This document shows, piece after piece, positions 62,207 to 64,000 of a stretch of DNA of 64,000 nucleotides; the stretch's first letter is position 1, and each line of letters opens with the position of its first letter. A model generated the notes under the pieces. It was not told the origin of the DNA, ran no database searches, and saw only the letters and a program-made list of their open reading frames with translations. This DNA is from Candidatus Caccalectryoclostridium excrementigallinarum. Lineage in GTDB: Bacteria; Bacillota; Clostridia; Christensenellales; UBA3700. The stretch lies in the NCBI GenBank assembly GCA_018714485.1, contig DVNJ01000015.1:35217-99216 (forward strand). Direction: 5' to 3'. A program made the position numbers and the translations under genes.

Positions 62207-63490
62207 ATGAGGCTTACATTTACGCAGCAGATATTGGCGGCGAAAAAGGGCTTGAGCGCCGAGGAAGCGGAGAAAAAACTCGCTCCCGGCAATCTCATCT
62301 TAGTGGACGTGGACACGGCGATGTCCAACGACGTCACCGCGCCCGTCGCCATCGACGTCTTCGAGGGCAGCGGCTGCCCCCTCTGCAACAAGGACAACGT
62401 GACTTTCGTGCTCGACCATTTCACTCCCAACAGGGACATCAAGTCCGCGCAGCAATGCAAGAGGGTGAGGGATTTCGCGCATAAGCACGGCGTAGAGAAC
62501 TTTTTCGACGTGGGCGAGATGGGGATCGAGCATGCGCTTTTGCCCGAAAAGGGGATCGCAAAGCCTTGGGCGGTGATGATAGGCGCGGATTCGCATACCT
62601 GCACCTACGGCGCGCTCGGAGCCTTTTCCACGGGCGTCGGCTCGACGGATATCGCCGGCATAATGATGTCGGGAAAGATCTGGCTCAAAGTTCCCGCCGC
62701 GATCAAGTTCAAACTGAAAGGAAGCCTGAGGGCGGGCGTTTCGGGCAAAGACCTCATTTTGCATGTGATAGGCATGATAGGCGTGGACGGCGCGCTCTAT
62801 AAGAGCATCGAGTTCACGGGCGAAGGGGTGAAGAGCCTTTCCATGGACGACAGGTTCACCGTCTGCAACATGGCGATCGAATGCGGCGCGAAAAACGGCG
62901 TTTTCCCCGTGGACGAGAAGACGGACGAATATACCAAAGAGAGCACGGGAAAGACCTTCCCGCGCTTTGAAGAGGCGGATGACGAGGCTTACGAGCAGGT
63001 CATCGAGATAGATCTTAGCGAGCTTGCGCCCACGGTGGCGTTCCCCCATCTGCCGTCCAACACCCGCCTGGTGGACGAGGTGAAAGAGGAGATAGCCGTC
63101 GATCAGGTCGTCATCGGCTCCTGCACCAACGGCAGGCTGAGCGACCTTGCCGAAGCCGCGCGCGTGCTAAAAGGCAGAAAGGTGAAAAAGGGCGTGCGCA
63201 CGATAATCATTCCCGCGACCAACAAGATATATTTGCAGGCGCTGGAAAAGGGCTATATCAAGACGTTCATCGAGGGCGGAGCGATCGTTTCCACCCCCAC
63301 TTGCGGACCCTGCTTAGGCGGACATATGGGCATTTTGGCGAGCGGAGAAGTCGCCGTCGCCACCACCAACCGCAACTTCATCGGGCGCATGGGCGCAAAG
63401 GACAGCTATATTTATCTCGCCTCTCCCGCCACGGCTATGGCAAGCGCGATAGCGGGCAGGCTTATCGGCGAAAAGGGCTTGGAGGAATGA
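62207..63490 (+). CDS. leuC: 3-isopropylmalate dehydratase (or homoaconitase-type) large subunit
   Basis: 427 aa. [22 protein letters not shown] and TCGPCLG Fe-S ligand motifs of the aconitase family. Confidence 0.9.
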   Translation: MRLTFTQQILAAKKGLSAEEAEKKLAPGNLILVDVDTAMSNDVTAPVAIDVFEGSGCPLCNKDNVTFVLDHFTPNRDIKSAQQCKRVRDFAHKHGVENFFDVGEMGIEHALLPEKGIAKPWAVMIGADSHTCTYGALGAFSTGVGSTDIAGIMMSGKIWLKVPAAIKFKLKGSLRAGVSGKDLILHVIGMIGVDGALYKSIEFTGEGVKSLSMDDRFTVCNMAIECGAKNGVFPVDEKTDEYTKESTGKTFPRFEEADDEAYEQVIEIDLSELAPTVAFPHLPSNTRLVDEVKEEIAVDQVVIGSCTNGRLSDLAEAARVLKGRKVKKGVRTIIIPATNKIYLQALEKGYIKTFIEGGAIVSTPTCGPCLGGHMGILASGEVAVATTNRNFIGRMGAKDSYIYLASPATAMASAIAGRLIGEKGLEE

Positions 63491-63491
63491 T

Positions 63492-63986
63492 ATGATAAAA
63501 GGAAGAGTTTTCAAATTCGGCGACGACATCGACACGGACGTCATCGTGCCCGCGACTTATCTGAGCACGTTCGACCCCAAGGAACTTGCCAAGCATTGCA
63601 TGGAATATACTCACCCCGACTTTTATAAGACGGTGAAAGAGGGCGACGTCGTGGTCGCGGGAAAGAACTTCGGCTGCGGCTCGTCGCGCGAGCACGCGCC
63701 CATCGCGCTCAAAGGCTGCGGCGTGTCCATAGTGATCGCCAAGTCGTTCGCGCGTATCTTCTACCGTAACGCGCTCAACATCGGGCTTTACATTCTCGAA
63801 TGCCCCGAGGCGGTGGACAACATCAAGGACGGCGACGTGGTCTCCGTGGACGTGAACACGGGCGTGGTCACAAACGAGAGCACGGGGAAGAGCTTCAAGG
63901 CGGCGCCTTTCCCCAAATTCATTCAGGAGATAATCGCCTGCGGCGGACTCGTCGAGGCGATCAAGAGCGGTAAATATACCGATTAG
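63492..63986 (+). CDS. leuD: 3-isopropylmalate dehydratase small subunit
   Basis: 164 aa. [13 protein letters not shown] swivel-domain motif. An AGGAGAG RBS and ATG at 63994 suggest another gene starting at the window edge, which I did not call. Confidence 0.9.
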   Translation: MIKGRVFKFGDDIDTDVIVPATYLSTFDPKELAKHCMEYTHPDFYKTVKEGDVVVAGKNFGCGSSREHAPIALKGCGVSIVIAKSFARIFYRNALNIGLYILECPEAVDNIKDGDVVSVDVNTGVVTNESTGKSFKAAPFPKFIQEIIACGGLVEAIKSGKYTD

Positions 63987-64000
63987 GAGAGATATGGGAA

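Overview
GC-rich chromosomal window whose gene content and operon style look Firmicutes/Clostridia-like; I could not run a taxonomic search. I support about 60 protein genes and saw no rRNA, tRNA, CRISPR array, integrase or transposase. The window holds most of the classical replication-origin neighbourhood, but in scrambled order. jag-yidC-yidD-rnpA-rpmH lies on the minus strand (20.5-23.3 kb). mnmG-rsmG-recF forms one translationally coupled plus-strand operon (35.3-38.9 kb). gyrA-gyrB-dnaN lies on the minus strand (41.9-47.7 kb), with a DnaA-box cluster upstream of dnaN. No dnaA, mnmE or parAB ORF is present. Other content: a glycerol module (gldA, PocR-AraC regulator, GlpA-like / FAD-NAD oxidoreductase / DUF1667), an SIS-2HADH-cysK-tcdA operon, a GT4 operon, and an OmpR/HK two-component system next to inverted membrane-protein paralogs that flank ybaK. 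Also birA-radC, a UvrD-like helicase, a macro-domain plus SirTM-like sirtuin pair, HxlR/cupin, an S1C protease, rubrerythrin, a CNNM/CorC-type transporter, and a murJ-like-mazG-dusB-trmL operon. Also a RimK-like ligase, a GH30 lipoprotein, KtrAB, a CaCA antiporter and leuCD. Most unusual observations: (i) a ~4.3-kb almost ORF-free island (25.96-30.23 kb) built of several tandem-repeat families, a T-depleted A+C block, helically phased T-tracts and near-consensus parS sites. (ii) A 36-bp-period, palindrome-cored repeat array exactly where dnaA/oriC normally sits beside rpmH. (iii) A macro/SirTM ADP-ribosylation pair whose sirtuin is frameshifted, next to a chimeric gene remnant. (iv) Recurrent leaderless-mRNA promoter geometry. 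(v) A leader-peptide/terminator attenuator candidate upstream of the CNNM gene. (vi) A shared direct-repeat box linking the two-component system to neighbouring promoters. All calls rest on reading the sequence and on remembered family motifs; no database search was possible.
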